Under the pieces are notes generated by a model that saw only the letters and a list, made by a program, of their open reading frames with translations, made no database searches and was not told the DNA's origin. From assembly GCA_964570075.1 (NCBI GenBank), contig CAZMWF010000122.1, positions 1-52,507 on the forward strand: 52,507 nt of DNA, in the 5' to 3' direction. Shown one piece after another: positions 37,401-47,255 of the stretch (position 1 is its first letter; each line of letters starts with the position of its first letter). A program made the position numbers and the translations under genes. The DNA is from an uncultured Syntrophaceae bacterium. GTDB lineage: Bacteria > Desulfobacterota > BSN033 > UBA1163.

Positions 37401-38753
37401 TTATTGAAGATACCTTTGCGCAATCTCCACAAGTTCTTGAGCATATTGGTGAAGCCTTTCCTCATCCTCTCCTTCCAGCATGATCCTGAGAAGGGGTTCG
37501 GTTCCTGAATAGCGGACCAGAAGCCTTCCAGATTCTCCCAAAGATTTTTCGATCTCCTCCGTCTTCTTCTTGATCTCCGGGATTTCTGAAAGATTCTTTT
37601 TCTCTTTCACCTCCACGTTATATAGAACCTGAGGAAGGGATTCCATCACCTTTGCCAATTCATCCAGATCTTTCTCCTCTCTTTTCATGATGGCCAAGGT
37701 TTGAAGGGCAGTTAGAATTCCATCGCACGTTGTATTGTAGTCCAAAAAGATAGTATGCCCCGAGGGTTCTCCTCCAAGGTTGTAGTTTCCTCGAAGCATC
37801 TCCTCCACAACATAACGATCTCCAACCTGGGTCCGAATCACCTTTCCACCGGCCTTTTTGATCGCCCGGTCTAAACCGAGATTGCTCATGACCGTAGTGA
37901 CCACTGTCCCCCCTTTGAGGCGTCCTTCTTTAAGCATCTGGAGACCACAGATCGCCAGGATCTTATCCCCATCGACCTGTTTCCCATGGCGATCCACAAA
38001 AATAATTCGATCTGCATCTCCATCCAAGGAGATTCCAAGATCAGCCTTTTTTTCAATCACTAACCTGGAGACGGTCTCAGGATAAAGGGCTCCACATTGA
38101 GCATTAATATTCTCTCCATTGGGTTCGATGCCGATAGGGATCACCTCCGCCCCTAATTCCTCAAACACGGTGGGAGCCACCCGATAGGCAGCCCCATTGG
38201 CACAATCCAGGGCAATCCGCACTCCATCGAGGGTGAGGTCTTTCGGGAATGTATTTTTTAAGAAGACGACGTATCGACCGACTGCATCATCGATTCGATG
38301 GGCCTTTCCCACCTCACTCGCCGTGGGTCTCAGGGATTGGAGATGATCCGAAAGGACGAGCTCTTCAATCTGGGCTTCCAGTTCATCTGGGAGTTTGAAA
38401 CCTTCCCGGGAGAAGATTTTGATTCCATTATCGTAATAGGGATTGTGGGAGGCCGAGATGACGACCCCCGCATTAGCCCTCATACTTGTAGTAATGAAGG
38501 CGATGCCAGGGGTGGGTAGGGGGCCGACCAACCAGACATCCGCTCCCATAGAACAGATTCCTGAGGCGAGAGCCGTCTCTAACATGTATCCTGAAAGTCG
38601 GGTATCTTTCCCCACCACGATTCGATGCTGTCCCTTCGCCTTTTTAAACAGAAAAGCAATGGCCCTGCCTAATCGCATGGCCATTTCCCCGGTCATCGGT
38701 TCCGTATTGGCAATCCCTCGGATCCCATCTGTCCCAAATAATTTCCTTTCCAT
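37401..38753 (-). CDS. glmM: Phosphoglucosamine mutase
   Basis: FGTDGIRG, the ISASHNP active-site loop and DGDADR motif. Confidence 0.95.
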   Translation of the reverse strand: MERKLFGTDGIRGIANTEPMTGEMAMRLGRAIAFLFKKAKGQHRIVVGKDTRLSGYMLETALASGICSMGADVWLVGPLPTPGIAFITTSMRANAGVVISASHNPYYDNGIKIFSREGFKLPDELEAQIEELVLSDHLQSLRPTASEVGKAHRIDDAVGRYVVFLKNTFPKDLTLDGVRIALDCANGAAYRVAPTVFEELGAEVIPIGIEPNGENINAQCGALYPETVSRLVIEKKADLGISLDGDADRIIFVDRHGKQVDGDKILAICGLQMLKEGRLKGGTVVTTVMSNLGLDRAIKKAGGKVIRTQVGDRYVVEEMLRGNYNLGGEPSGHTIFLDYNTTCDGILTALQTLAIMKREEKDLDELAKVMESLPQVLYNVEVKEKKNLSEIPEIKKKTEEIEKSLGESGRLLVRYSGTEPLLRIMLEGEDEERLHQYAQELVEIAQRYLQ

Positions 38754-38795
38754 TTTCTTTCCCTATAGATAGAAATTTAGGGTTCTCTTCATCCC

Positions 38796-39998
38796 TCAAT
38801 CCCTCACCCCTCGAATGGCATCGGCCACCGCAATTGCCTTCTTGGCCTGAGCCACATCGTGGCATCGAACGATATGGGCTCCATGAAGGATTCCCACCAC
38901 GGTACTGGCAAGGGTTCCTTCCAGCCTCTCCTTGGGTTCTGCATTGAGAATCCTTCCGATAAAACTCTTTCGTGAAGTTCCAAGGAGGATGGGTTTCCCG
39001 AGAATTCGAAATTCGGAGAGGTTCTTGATCAGGAGAAGATTATGTTCCAGGGTCTTACCAAAGCCAATCCCGGGGTCAATGATAATCTTTTCTGGATCGA
39101 CCCCTGAGGATTCGGCTCGCTCAATCCCTTCTCGAAGGTATTGGAGGATCTCGGAGAAAAGGGACTCGTAGTGGACGTCCTTTTGCATGGTTTCAGGAGT
39201 TCCCCGAATATGCATCAATACAATAGGCACATCCTCTTGGGAAGCCACCTTGGCGAGCTCGGGATCAAAATGGAGCCCGCTGATATCATTGATCATCTCG
39301 GCACCTGCATCGATTGCAGCCTTAGCCACTTTTGATTTGTAGGTATCAATGGAGATGGGGATATCTAATCTTTTAGCCAGAGATTCAATCACTGGGATGA
39401 CTCTCCGGAGTTCTTCTTCCGTATCAAGGGGCTTTGAACCAGGGCGAGTCGATTCCCCTCCGATATCGATCAGATCCGCTCCTTCTTCTGCCATCTTTAA
39501 TCCATGTTCAATGGCCCTTGAGCGGTCAAAGAAGAGACCCCCATCTGAAAATGAGTCAGGAGTTACATTTAATATTCCCATCAGAAGGGTTCTCTCACCC
39601 AGGAGAAATGTTTTTTTACGGCATCTCAGGGTGAACCGGGTTTTTGAAAGATTTTTTAGTGTTTCGGCTAAGGAGCGGCTGAGGGTTTGAAGGGATGGAT
39701 AGGCTTCTAATTTATGGACCAATCGTTCAAACTGCTTCTGGGTTCCCATCAGAAGGACATCTGTTTTTGAAATACTGCAGTCGAGTGTCCTTCGGTCCAG
39801 GGCAGCGTCCCCATCTAAGGAAAGCATTTCTTGTTTCAGAAGGTTCGCCCATTTAGGGTCAATTCCTTCGACCTTAAGATTGAGATGAAGGGTTTTCCCC
39901 TTCATTAATTCAATCCCCTCGGGATCGACTCCCAATTTTTCCATCAAGGAGCTCGCTTCATGAATGTCCCGGATAGGCACATATCGAATCAAGTCCAT
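38796..39998 (-). CDS. folP: Dihydropteroate synthase with an N-terminal extension of about 135 aa
   Basis: GILNVTPDSFSDGG and IIDPGIGFGK motifs. The start is taken at ATG 39998; GTG 40046 is an alternative but would overlap ftsH by 17 nt. Confidence 0.85.
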   Translation of the reverse strand: MDLIRYVPIRDIHEASSLMEKLGVDPEGIELMKGKTLHLNLKVEGIDPKWANLLKQEMLSLDGDAALDRRTLDCSISKTDVLLMGTQKQFERLVHKLEAYPSLQTLSRSLAETLKNLSKTRFTLRCRKKTFLLGERTLLMGILNVTPDSFSDGGLFFDRSRAIEHGLKMAEEGADLIDIGGESTRPGSKPLDTEEELRRVIPVIESLAKRLDIPISIDTYKSKVAKAAIDAGAEMINDISGLHFDPELAKVASQEDVPIVLMHIRGTPETMQKDVHYESLFSEILQYLREGIERAESSGVDPEKIIIDPGIGFGKTLEHNLLLIKNLSEFRILGKPILLGTSRKSFIGRILNAEPKERLEGTLASTVVGILHGAHIVRCHDVAQAKKAIAVADAIRGVRD

Positions 39999-40029
39999 CT
40001 CACCTTCTTCAAATCGAATCCAGAGGGTC

Positions 40030-41853
40030 CTAAACCATTTCGCCACGAATAATCAGATCGATTTGACGTCCGTCGAGAACCTCTTTCTCAAGCAGGGTGT
40101 TGGCCAATCGGTGAAGGATTTCCAAATTCTGCTGAATGATGTCTTTCGCCTTTTCATAACCTTGATTAACAATCGACCTCACCTCGTTGTCGATTAAGCG
40201 AGCCGTTTCTTCGCTGTAGTCTCGATGCCTGGCAAATTCTCTTCCTAAAAAGATTTCTTCTTCCTTCTTGCCAAAGGTCAAAGGACCGAGCCTCTCGCTC
40301 ATTCCCCATTCACAGACCATTTTCCTGGCCAGTTCCGTAGATCGTTCGATGTCATTGCCTGCTCCGGTGGTTTGAATATGAAGAACCAGTTCTTCTGCCA
40401 CCCTTCCACCCATCATCACGGCAATATTGTTCATTAAGTAGTCCTTAGGATAGGTATGCTTTTCATCAAGGGGGAGCTGCTGGGTGATCCCAAGGGCTCT
40501 TCCTCGAGGGATAATGGTGACCTTATGAATAGGATCCGTCCCTGGAATCATTTTCGCCACGAGGGTATGCCCCGCTTCATGGTAGGCGGTGATTCTTCTC
40601 TCTTCAAAAGGAATGATCATTGATTTCCTTTCCACTCCCATTAACACCTTATCCTTTGCCTGCTCAAAATCGGACATATCGATCCGTTCTTTCCCTAATC
40701 GCGCCGCCAGAAGGGCCGCCTCGTTGACCATATTCTCCAAATCGGCACCTGTAAAACCCGGGGTCCCTCGGGCCAAAAGGGAGAGATCCACATCATCGGC
40801 AAGGGGCGTTTTTTTGGTATGAACCTTCAAGATCTCCTCTCGACCTTTGACATCCGGGATGGGAATCACAATCTGACGATCGAAACGGCCCGGTCTTAGA
40901 AGAGCAGGGTCTAACACATCAGGACGGTTGGTCGCAGCAATCAGGATCACCCCTTCGTTCGACTCAAAACCATCCATCTCCACCAGCAGTTGATTAAGGG
41001 TCTGTTCCCGCTCATCGTGTCCTCCGCCTAATCCTGCCCCACGATGTCTTCCCACCGCGTCAATTTCATCGATAAAGATGATGCATGGGGCATTTCTCTT
41101 TCCCTGGAGGAAGAGGTCGCGAACTCGAGAGGCTCCTACTCCTACGAACATCTCCACAAAGTCCGATCCACTGATACTGAAGAAGGGAACATCTGCCTCC
41201 CCTGCAATCGCCTTGGCAAGCAGTGTCTTGCCGGTTCCAGGGGCGCCGATCAGGAGGATACCTTTTGGAATTCTTCCTCCGAGTTTGGTGAACTTCTTTG
41301 GATCCCTGAGGAATTCAATGATTTCTTGAACCTCTTCCTTTGCCTCTTCCACTCCAGCCACATTGTCGAAAGTGACCTTAGACTGGTCTTTTGTTAAAAT
41401 TTTTGCTCTGCTCTTTCCAAAGGAGAGGGCCTTCCCCCCTCCGATTTGAACCTGTCTCATAAAGAAGATCCAAACTCCTATAAGAATGATCATGGGGAAC
41501 CATTGAATGAGAATATTTTGCCAGATGGGAGACTCTTCTTCCTTTTTGGCATGAATGACGATCTTCTTTTCCCTAAGAATTTTAATCATTTCGGGATCTT
41601 CAGGGGCATAGGTCTTAAATCTCTTTCCGTGGATGTCTTTCCAGGTGATACTTCTTCCTTTGGTTTCTACCTCCAACACCTGATTATTTTCAACGGCAGA
41701 GATGAAATCCGAGTAGTTTCTTTCAACAGTGGTAGGCCGTGGTCTACTGAAAAAATTAAACAGTAGAACCATGATAATAATGATGATGGCCCAAAAAAGG
41801 AGATTTTTATAGAAGGAATTCAAGCGATTTTTCCCCGCTGCAGTTAAGTTCAA
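40030..41853 (-). CDS. ftsH: ATP-dependent zinc metalloprotease FtsH
   Basis: [13 protein letters not shown], the SRH region and the HEAGH zinc motif. It starts at TTG, so the 5' end is uncertain; an alternative TTG lies at 41823. Confidence 0.95.
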   Translation of the reverse strand: MNLTAAGKNRLNSFYKNLLFWAIIIIIMVLLFNFFSRPRPTTVERNYSDFISAVENNQVLEVETKGRSITWKDIHGKRFKTYAPEDPEMIKILREKKIVIHAKKEEESPIWQNILIQWFPMIILIGVWIFFMRQVQIGGGKALSFGKSRAKILTKDQSKVTFDNVAGVEEAKEEVQEIIEFLRDPKKFTKLGGRIPKGILLIGAPGTGKTLLAKAIAGEADVPFFSISGSDFVEMFVGVGASRVRDLFLQGKRNAPCIIFIDEIDAVGRHRGAGLGGGHDEREQTLNQLLVEMDGFESNEGVILIAATNRPDVLDPALLRPGRFDRQIVIPIPDVKGREEILKVHTKKTPLADDVDLSLLARGTPGFTGADLENMVNEAALLAARLGKERIDMSDFEQAKDKVLMGVERKSMIIPFEERRITAYHEAGHTLVAKMIPGTDPIHKVTIIPRGRALGITQQLPLDEKHTYPKDYLMNNIAVMMGGRVAEELVLHIQTTGAGNDIERSTELARKMVCEWGMSERLGPLTFGKKEEEIFLGREFARHRDYSEETARLIDNEVRSIVNQGYEKAKDIIQQNLEILHRLANTLLEKEVLDGRQIDLIIRGEMV

Positions 41854-41979
41854 ATTAACATAATTGTCTTTTTAATTCAATATTCAATACTTAAGCCAAC
41901 GGGGTTGAGAAAAATAGGGTCAAAGCCTCGATTTTAATATAAATATTTGAATTTATTGATGATTTTTATAAGACTACGG

Positions 41980-42945
41980 TTAGCAGAGAGGAGGAGAAAG
42001 AAGAAATTTAGGTATGTTAGATAGCTTGCTATAGAGCAAGCCATAACGCACTCCGTGACAGCTTATCATCACCTCATGGCAATTCATCCTCTCCATTATC
42101 TTATATAGAATCGTAGCTCCAGCCAGGATGACATCTGCCCGCAAAGGAGAAAGTCCTTGGATCGTTTTCCGTTGCTCTTGGGTTTTTGATCGATAAAGGA
42201 GAATCTGTCTTCTTAGGGCTTCTTGAGTCAGTTTGAAATGATGAATTTTTCTTGGATTAAATTCTGAGAGTCCCATTTCCACTTGGGCCAGGGTCGTTGC
42301 TGTTCCTCCAACCGAAACCATGAGATCGGGCTTTTGGAAGGGAGAGGCATTATTGAGGGATTTTTCAATCTCCTCTTCCATCTCTCTCCACTCCTCCGGT
42401 CGGACAGGATCAGAGTGAAGGAACTGTTCCGTGTAGCGGACCGATCCCATAGGAAGACTCAACCAATGGGTCATTTTTTCTCTAAAGCCCAGAACGAGCT
42501 CGGTGCTTCCTCCTCCCACATCGGTTACGAGGATTCTTTTCGCCTCCTCCTTGAGATCCTTCGAAACGGCTAAATAGGAAAGACGAGCCTCTTCTTCCCC
42601 GGAGATGATTTCTATCGTGAGGTGGAGTTTATCTTTAACCTCTTTGAGGAATTCATTGGCATTTCTTGCCTCCCTTAAGGCACTCGTTCCTGCAGCAAAG
42701 ACTCTCTGAATCCCAAGTCTTTGGCAATCTGTAAGATACTCCTTCAACACTTGAAATCCCCTTTCCATCGCTTCCTTCGAAAGGGTTGCGCTCTGATGGA
42801 CCCCTTCTCCTAATCGTACAATCCTTTCTTTTTCGAGCAAGGGGTGGAGCGTTTTCCCATCCCACTCAGATGCCAGAAGAAGAATCGTATTGGTTCCAAT
42901 ATCAATGGCGGCTATCCGATTAGGTGAAGTAGGGGCGGATTTCAC
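41980..42945 (-). CDS. Ppx/GppA-family phosphatase
   Basis: AAIDIGTNT and DVGGGSTE motifs. I chose GTG 42945 as the start because the track ORF (to 43014) would overlap the upstream gene by 95 nt. Confidence 0.75.
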   Translation of the reverse strand: MKSAPTSPNRIAAIDIGTNTILLLASEWDGKTLHPLLEKERIVRLGEGVHQSATLSKEAMERGFQVLKEYLTDCQRLGIQRVFAAGTSALREARNANEFLKEVKDKLHLTIEIISGEEEARLSYLAVSKDLKEEAKRILVTDVGGGSTELVLGFREKMTHWLSLPMGSVRYTEQFLHSDPVRPEEWREMEEEIEKSLNNASPFQKPDLMVSVGGTATTLAQVEMGLSEFNPRKIHHFKLTQEALRRQILLYRSKTQEQRKTIQGLSPLRADVILAGATILYKIMERMNCHEVMISCHGVRYGLLYSKLSNIPKFLLSPPLC

Positions 42946-43936
42946 GGCAGAGTTCCTCTGGATAAATGTTGGAGGTGAGCTCGGATTGAAGCACTTCAAA
43001 AGAGGTGCAGTCATTCAAATAGGAGGGTTGAAATGGGGTTCGTGAAATGATTCGAAGAAGCAGGAGGGGAGAAGATTCATCTAATATACCGTAGAGGGCA
43101 AAGTTGAAACTATTAAGGGATTTTTGGTCGTAGTATTTGAGAGTGGACACAATTCCTCTGGCCAGGATGGCCATTTCCTCTTGGCCAAGGGTAAGGATCG
43201 AAGAGTGATTTTCGATCCAGGCACAGACTTCGTTAAACCCAATGGGCGCAAAGGAGACAAACCAGTGAACATTCCCATGGGTGGCGATAAACCTCTCCCC
43301 AAGCCTCTTTTCTGTCTCTACCAGATCTTTCCAGAATATCGTGTTGTTCCTCTCCTTATAGGAAGCAGTGGCATCCATGAGCCATTCCATTTCATTGGTA
43401 GGGATGGGATCTCCAATCACCTGGAGGTGAGGGTGAAGGATACTACTCCCTCCTGGGAGGAGAAAATTTTGGCTGATCTGCCAATAGCGGAGATCTGGAT
43501 CAAATCGGGTCATCCTTCGAATGATCTCGATGGAGACCAAGAGACCCTGTTCATAGAGGTGAGGAGTGAATTGATCCAGACCGAGGAAATGCTCCTGGCA
43601 TAGGACGACCACACTGCCTGAGGCTCCTGCAGGAAAAAGATTAGGGAACCCCACAGCCTGACCGATGAGGATTCTCCCCTCCGGGGCCACTTCCTCGATG
43701 AATTTGGGGGTTTTGAGGAGAACATTCTCCGGACAGAAGACACACCCCTTGGAGGCCTCGGCCATTCTCGAGAAGTCAAATTTTTCTGTTGGAGGAAGAC
43801 TCCAGGTGATGATTCGGCTTCTTCGCTTGGTAAGAGGATCGACTCGAATCTCTGTTGGAACAGAAATCCGTTTAAATTCATGGAGGGGAGAGAGAAGCTC
43901 CGATTGGAGGTGGTACCGTTCAAATTTAATCTCCAT
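42920..43936 (-). CDS. GalT-like HIT-superfamily nucleotidyltransferase/phosphorylase
   Basis: 338 aa with a Zn-site-like GCVFCPEN and the HxHxQ catalytic motif HPHLQV. Confidence 0.6.
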   Translation of the reverse strand: MEIKFERYHLQSELLSPLHEFKRISVPTEIRVDPLTKRRSRIITWSLPPTEKFDFSRMAEASKGCVFCPENVLLKTPKFIEEVAPEGRILIGQAVGFPNLFPAGASGSVVVLCQEHFLGLDQFTPHLYEQGLLVSIEIIRRMTRFDPDLRYWQISQNFLLPGGSSILHPHLQVIGDPIPTNEMEWLMDATASYKERNNTIFWKDLVETEKRLGERFIATHGNVHWFVSFAPIGFNEVCAWIENHSSILTLGQEEMAILARGIVSTLKYYDQKSLNSFNFALYGILDESSPLLLLRIISRTPFQPSYLNDCTSFEVLQSELTSNIYPEELCREIRPYFT

Positions 43937-43997
43937 CTTTTAATCCAATCCCTTTCTTTTCAAAAAGGTTCGGTTCTTATTTTACCCTTACCAAAAC

Positions 43998-44195
43998 TCA
44001 TCGATTTTCTTCGATAAACCTTCGAATGGAACGATCGTAAGTCCTTTCCCCTTCGGGGGAGAAGAAACACCCGGGGAGTTGTTTCATCTTCCAATGATAG
44101 GCAATACATTCGCAGCACCTTCCTTTTCGTTCGCAGGGTTCATAGGTGCAGGTGCATCGGGCTCTGTTCTTTTCGATATGGCATTCCAATTTCAA
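43998..44195 (-). CDS. Small Cys-rich protein (CxCTYxxCxRKGxCCxC motif)
   Basis: 65 aa with 8 Cys, including ARCTCTYEPCERKGRCCECIAYH. Its TTG start overlaps the upstream TGA stop as TTGA. Confidence 0.55.
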   Translation of the reverse strand: MKLECHIEKNRARCTCTYEPCERKGRCCECIAYHWKMKQLPGCFFSPEGERTYDRSIRRFIEENR

Positions 44196-45223
44196 CTTCT
44201 ATCCCTCCTTTCTTTTTTGGTAGCCCCTCTTCTTTTTGAGGACTGGAGATCGTCCGCGGAGGTGCACTTTTCCATGGAGGCCAATCTTTCAATCACTGAT
44301 GCGGCAAGAAGAGGAACCATCAATTCATGATGACCGATCAGAGTATATCCTTTTCCACCCATGAGCGTTGGTCTTTTTACCACATTCATGGAAGGTCGAT
44401 AGTGATCCATAAAATCCATATTCACCGTGGTGATATTTTTCAATGGATATCCTAAATTCCTTGCCAAGGCGAGGGCCTTTAAAAAGACCTCTGGAAGGAT
44501 GACCGCTGAACCCAGATTGATATAGACTCCTCGTTCCAATCTGGAGACCAGAGAGGCGAAGATTTGAAAGTCTCTAAGGCTTCCTTCTCCGAGACTGGCT
44601 CCATCTGCAGAAGGGCCCATATGATAGATATCGGTCCCGAGGGCGATGTGGACCGTCATAGGAACTCCCAATCTCTCTCCTGCTGCCAACAGAGACAGAT
44701 GGGTATATGGAAATCTTTCAGAAAGGAGCCTTTGGCCGACCGATTCTCCAATCCCTAATCCCTTCTTCACTCCATCAGAAATGGCCTGGTTGATCCATTC
44801 GTGAGTCTCTCTGACCATTCCAAAAGTGCCTCGAGAGAGCTCTTCATCCACCTCTTCAGAGGTATGACCAACCATGGCCATTTCTACATCATGGACGAGG
44901 CACGCTCCATTCATTCCAATTCCTTTCAATACCCCCCGCTCCATCCAATCGATCAGAATGGGATTGAGTCCTACCTTGATGGGGTGGGCTCCCATGCCGA
45001 GGAGGACAATCCGCTTCTGCCTTACGGTCCTGCTAATTCTCTCCACAATCTCGTGAAACGTCTTTCCAGCGAGGAGGTGGGGGAGGGAACTTAAAAAGTC
45101 GTTTAAATTGCCTCCCTGTTTCCAGACCTTTGCAAAGAGGTCTTTTTTGACCTTATGTTTTTTTTGCTGAAGAGAGAGGTAATGAACCTGACGAAGATCC
45201 AGTAGTTTTATCTTCTTATCCAT
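44192..45223 (-). CDS. Deoxyhypusine-synthase-like family protein
   Basis: LLGMGAHPIKVGLNPILIDWMERGVLKGIGMNGACLVHD and the C-terminal IGHHELMVPLLAASV follow the DHS-fold pattern as I recall it. The start is taken at ATG 45223, an 8-nt overlap with gmhA. Confidence 0.45.
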   Translation of the reverse strand: MDKKIKLLDLRQVHYLSLQQKKHKVKKDLFAKVWKQGGNLNDFLSSLPHLLAGKTFHEIVERISRTVRQKRIVLLGMGAHPIKVGLNPILIDWMERGVLKGIGMNGACLVHDVEMAMVGHTSEEVDEELSRGTFGMVRETHEWINQAISDGVKKGLGIGESVGQRLLSERFPYTHLSLLAAGERLGVPMTVHIALGTDIYHMGPSADGASLGEGSLRDFQIFASLVSRLERGVYINLGSAVILPEVFLKALALARNLGYPLKNITTVNMDFMDHYRPSMNVVKRPTLMGGKGYTLIGHHELMVPLLAASVIERLASMEKCTSADDLQSSKRRGATKKERRDRS

Positions 45224-45839
45224 TCCCTTTTTCGTTTTTAAGCCTCTTTGGGGAAGAGGTCTGCTTATTTCCTGAAAAGAGAAGGGTTTCAACCATTTCA
45301 CAAAGGATATGTCCGATCAGGATATGGGTTTCCTGAATTCGAGGGGTGCTCTGGGAAGGAACAATGAGTGAGAGATCAGCTACCTTTGCTACCTCTCCTC
45401 CATCCTTCCCCACCAGTGCTATGGTCTTCATTCCCATTCTCTTTGCCACCTCAAAGGCCTTAAGGATATTGGGCGAATTTCCGCTGGTCGTAATCCCGAT
45501 GGCAATATCCCCTTTCTTACCGAGAGCCAAGAGTTGTCGTGAAAAAACCTCGGAAAAGTCCGTGTCATTGGAAATGCTGGTGAGAATGGAGGTATCCGTG
45601 GTGAGGGCAATGGCCGGAAGAGCGGGACGATCCAGAAGATACCGATTGACAAATTCAGCAGCCAGATGTTGAGCATCAGCGGCACTCCCACCGTTTCCAA
45701 AGAGGAAAAGCTTATTCCCTGATTCAAAACAACGGGCAATCAGATGGATAACCTCGATCAACTTAGGAAGGTTCTTCTCCAGAAACTGGGTCTTTACTTC
45801 CCCACTTTCTTGGAATCGTTTTAGGATCGTCTCTTCCAT
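45216..45839 (-). CDS. gmhA: SIS-domain phosphoheptose isomerase
   Basis: GNGGSAADAQHLAAEF, TTSGNSPN and RIQETHILIGHILCE motifs. Confidence 0.85.
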   Translation of the reverse strand: MEETILKRFQESGEVKTQFLEKNLPKLIEVIHLIARCFESGNKLFLFGNGGSAADAQHLAAEFVNRYLLDRPALPAIALTTDTSILTSISNDTDFSEVFSRQLLALGKKGDIAIGITTSGNSPNILKAFEVAKRMGMKTIALVGKDGGEVAKVADLSLIVPSQSTPRIQETHILIGHILCEMVETLLFSGNKQTSSPKRLKNEKGNG

Positions 45840-45911
45840 TGAGTCGAAATATTATCCTTTCACGTGTTTTTCTGTCAAGTGGACTTATACCCTTTCTGGC
45901 CTAAAATATTC

Positions 45912-46853
45912 TTAGCTTTTCGGGGAGAGATGACGAGGAGGGAGCTTCCATCGATGGTTAAGCCAGGCCCATTGAGTGGGGACTTCTCTGATTCTTTCTT
46001 CGATCACTTTTGTAAAGGCTATCGTGAGCCTTTCCAGATCTTTTTCCATCTCCCCCGTCCTTTCAATTTTCACTGGAGGTCCGATAAGGAGGGTATGGGG
46101 GACTGTCTCCTTTCTTAAAATAAACATAGGTAAGATCGGAGCCCCTGTCTTCAGGGAAAGGAGGGCAGGACCCATGGGAGTATAGGCGGGGTGATGGAAA
46201 AAGGGAACCGAAAGTCCTCCATCTCTCCGCTGCTCATCAGCGACCAGATAGAGGATCTCATTTCGACGAAGTGAATTTAAGGATTTCTTGAGGGAGCTCA
46301 TCTTCGGTCTAACGAAAAAGGGATTCTGTCCCATTCTCTTCTGGTACTTCCCCAGTCTTCTCCAGAGTCTCGGGTAATTTCCTTCATTAATGATCAGATT
46401 GAATGGGTATCCTTCAAGAGAGAGCCTTGCACCCACCAATGTGAACGATCCCAGATGAGCCCCCAAGGCAATCACTCCCCTTCCTTGGGAGAGGGCTTGA
46501 TCCAGTTGTTCCTTCCCTTGAATCTCTATTTTCCGAAGAAACTGATTGAAAGAATGGGAATAGGCATAAACGGTTTCTAAAGGAGTGAGAGCGAATTGAG
46601 CGAAGATCTCTTTGGCCATATTGATTCGCTTCTTTAGGTCCCTCTCTGGCCCGAAAGCCAGAGAGAGGTTCTCCAAAACCCTTCTACGATACTTCTTCAA
46701 TACATGGTAGGAAAAAATGCCTAAAACTTTTGAGAGAGAGGCTAACGCTTTTGGTCTCAAAGGAAGAAGGAGAAGAACCATCAGGGTGAGAAGCCCATTG
46801 AGAAGGAGGTCTCCAATCCAATGTTTGATTCTTTTTTTGGAAGATTTTCTCAT
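45912..46853 (-). CDS. Lipid A biosynthesis (LpxL/HtrB-like) lysophospholipid acyltransferase family protein
   Basis: 313 aa with an N-terminal TM helix. Its size and architecture resemble Kdo2-lipid IVA acyltransferases. This is a family-level call only. Confidence 0.6.
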   Translation of the reverse strand: MRKSSKKRIKHWIGDLLLNGLLTLMVLLLLPLRPKALASLSKVLGIFSYHVLKKYRRRVLENLSLAFGPERDLKKRINMAKEIFAQFALTPLETVYAYSHSFNQFLRKIEIQGKEQLDQALSQGRGVIALGAHLGSFTLVGARLSLEGYPFNLIINEGNYPRLWRRLGKYQKRMGQNPFFVRPKMSSLKKSLNSLRRNEILYLVADEQRRDGGLSVPFFHHPAYTPMGPALLSLKTGAPILPMFILRKETVPHTLLIGPPVKIERTGEMEKDLERLTIAFTKVIEERIREVPTQWAWLNHRWKLPPRHLSPKS

Positions 46854-46880
46854 AAGGATGCTTAATGGAGAATCAATTCA

Positions 46881-46909
46881 ATTTTACCATGATTATTCCT
46901 CCGAGACAA
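46881..46909 (-). promoter_or_regulatory. Sigma-70-like promoter for the acyltransferase-gmhA gene string
   Basis: On the minus strand: TTGTCT (46909-46904), a 17-nt spacer, then an extended -10 TGgTAAAAT (TAAAAT at 46886-46881). Confidence 0.45.
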
Positions 46910-46928
46910 CCTCAGAGGATCGACCAAT

Positions 46929-47177
46929 GTAACCCCTCACCGAAAGGTGAGAAATAAATTTAAGCCCGACAGGAGTATTTCCGAAACCCATAGAATGCGG
47001 ACCAATTTATACGGATGAGGAATACGAATCGATCTATCGTAGAAATGGGTTTCTGATTAAAACAAACCAAAGTAACGATTTCTATGAACCATTTAAGGTT
47101 GCCGCACCTTGGGTTTCTCCAATACCCCTCTCGGGCTTATTCCTCACTTCGGAGTGAGGGATTACGTGAGGGGTTAT
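46929..47177 (+). mobile_element. MITE copy F (full length plus a duplicated 12-bp terminus, 249 bp)
   Basis: GTAACCCCTCAC ... GTGAGGGATTAC followed by GTGAGGGGTTAT. A perfect 8-bp direct repeat CGACCAAT flanks it at 46921-46928 and 47178-47185. Both subterminal hairpins are perfect: CTCACC-GAAA-GGTGAG and CCTCACT-TCGG-AGTGAGG. Confidence 0.9.
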
Positions 47178-47184
47178 CGACCAA

Positions 47185-47213
47185 TTGACCTTTGGAGTTA
47201 TTTTGTTTATCAT
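47185..47213 (+). promoter_or_regulatory. Sigma-70-like promoter for the histidine-kinase/response-regulator operon
   Basis: TTGACC (47185-47190), a 17-nt spacer, then TATCAT (47208-47213). The first T of the -35 is the last nt of the MITE F target duplication. Confidence 0.55.
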
Positions 47214-47255
47214 CATAATTGAAAAAACTTAAGGATCTCAAGGAAAGGATGACTC

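Noticed and set aside
38801-38812. AATCCCTCAC at the folP 3' end resembles the MITE terminus
   Set aside because: The match is only about 10 nt, with no adjacent AAGCCCGA module, no partner end and no duplication. That is too short to call.
1-47185. Could the dispersed ~235-bp repeats be a CRISPR array, or a riboswitch or tRNA-like gene family?
   Set aside because: The copies are kilobases apart, occur in both orientations, and have inverted termini with 8-bp target duplications. There are no regularly spaced short repeats, no cas genes and no cloverleaf. A mobile-element explanation fits better.
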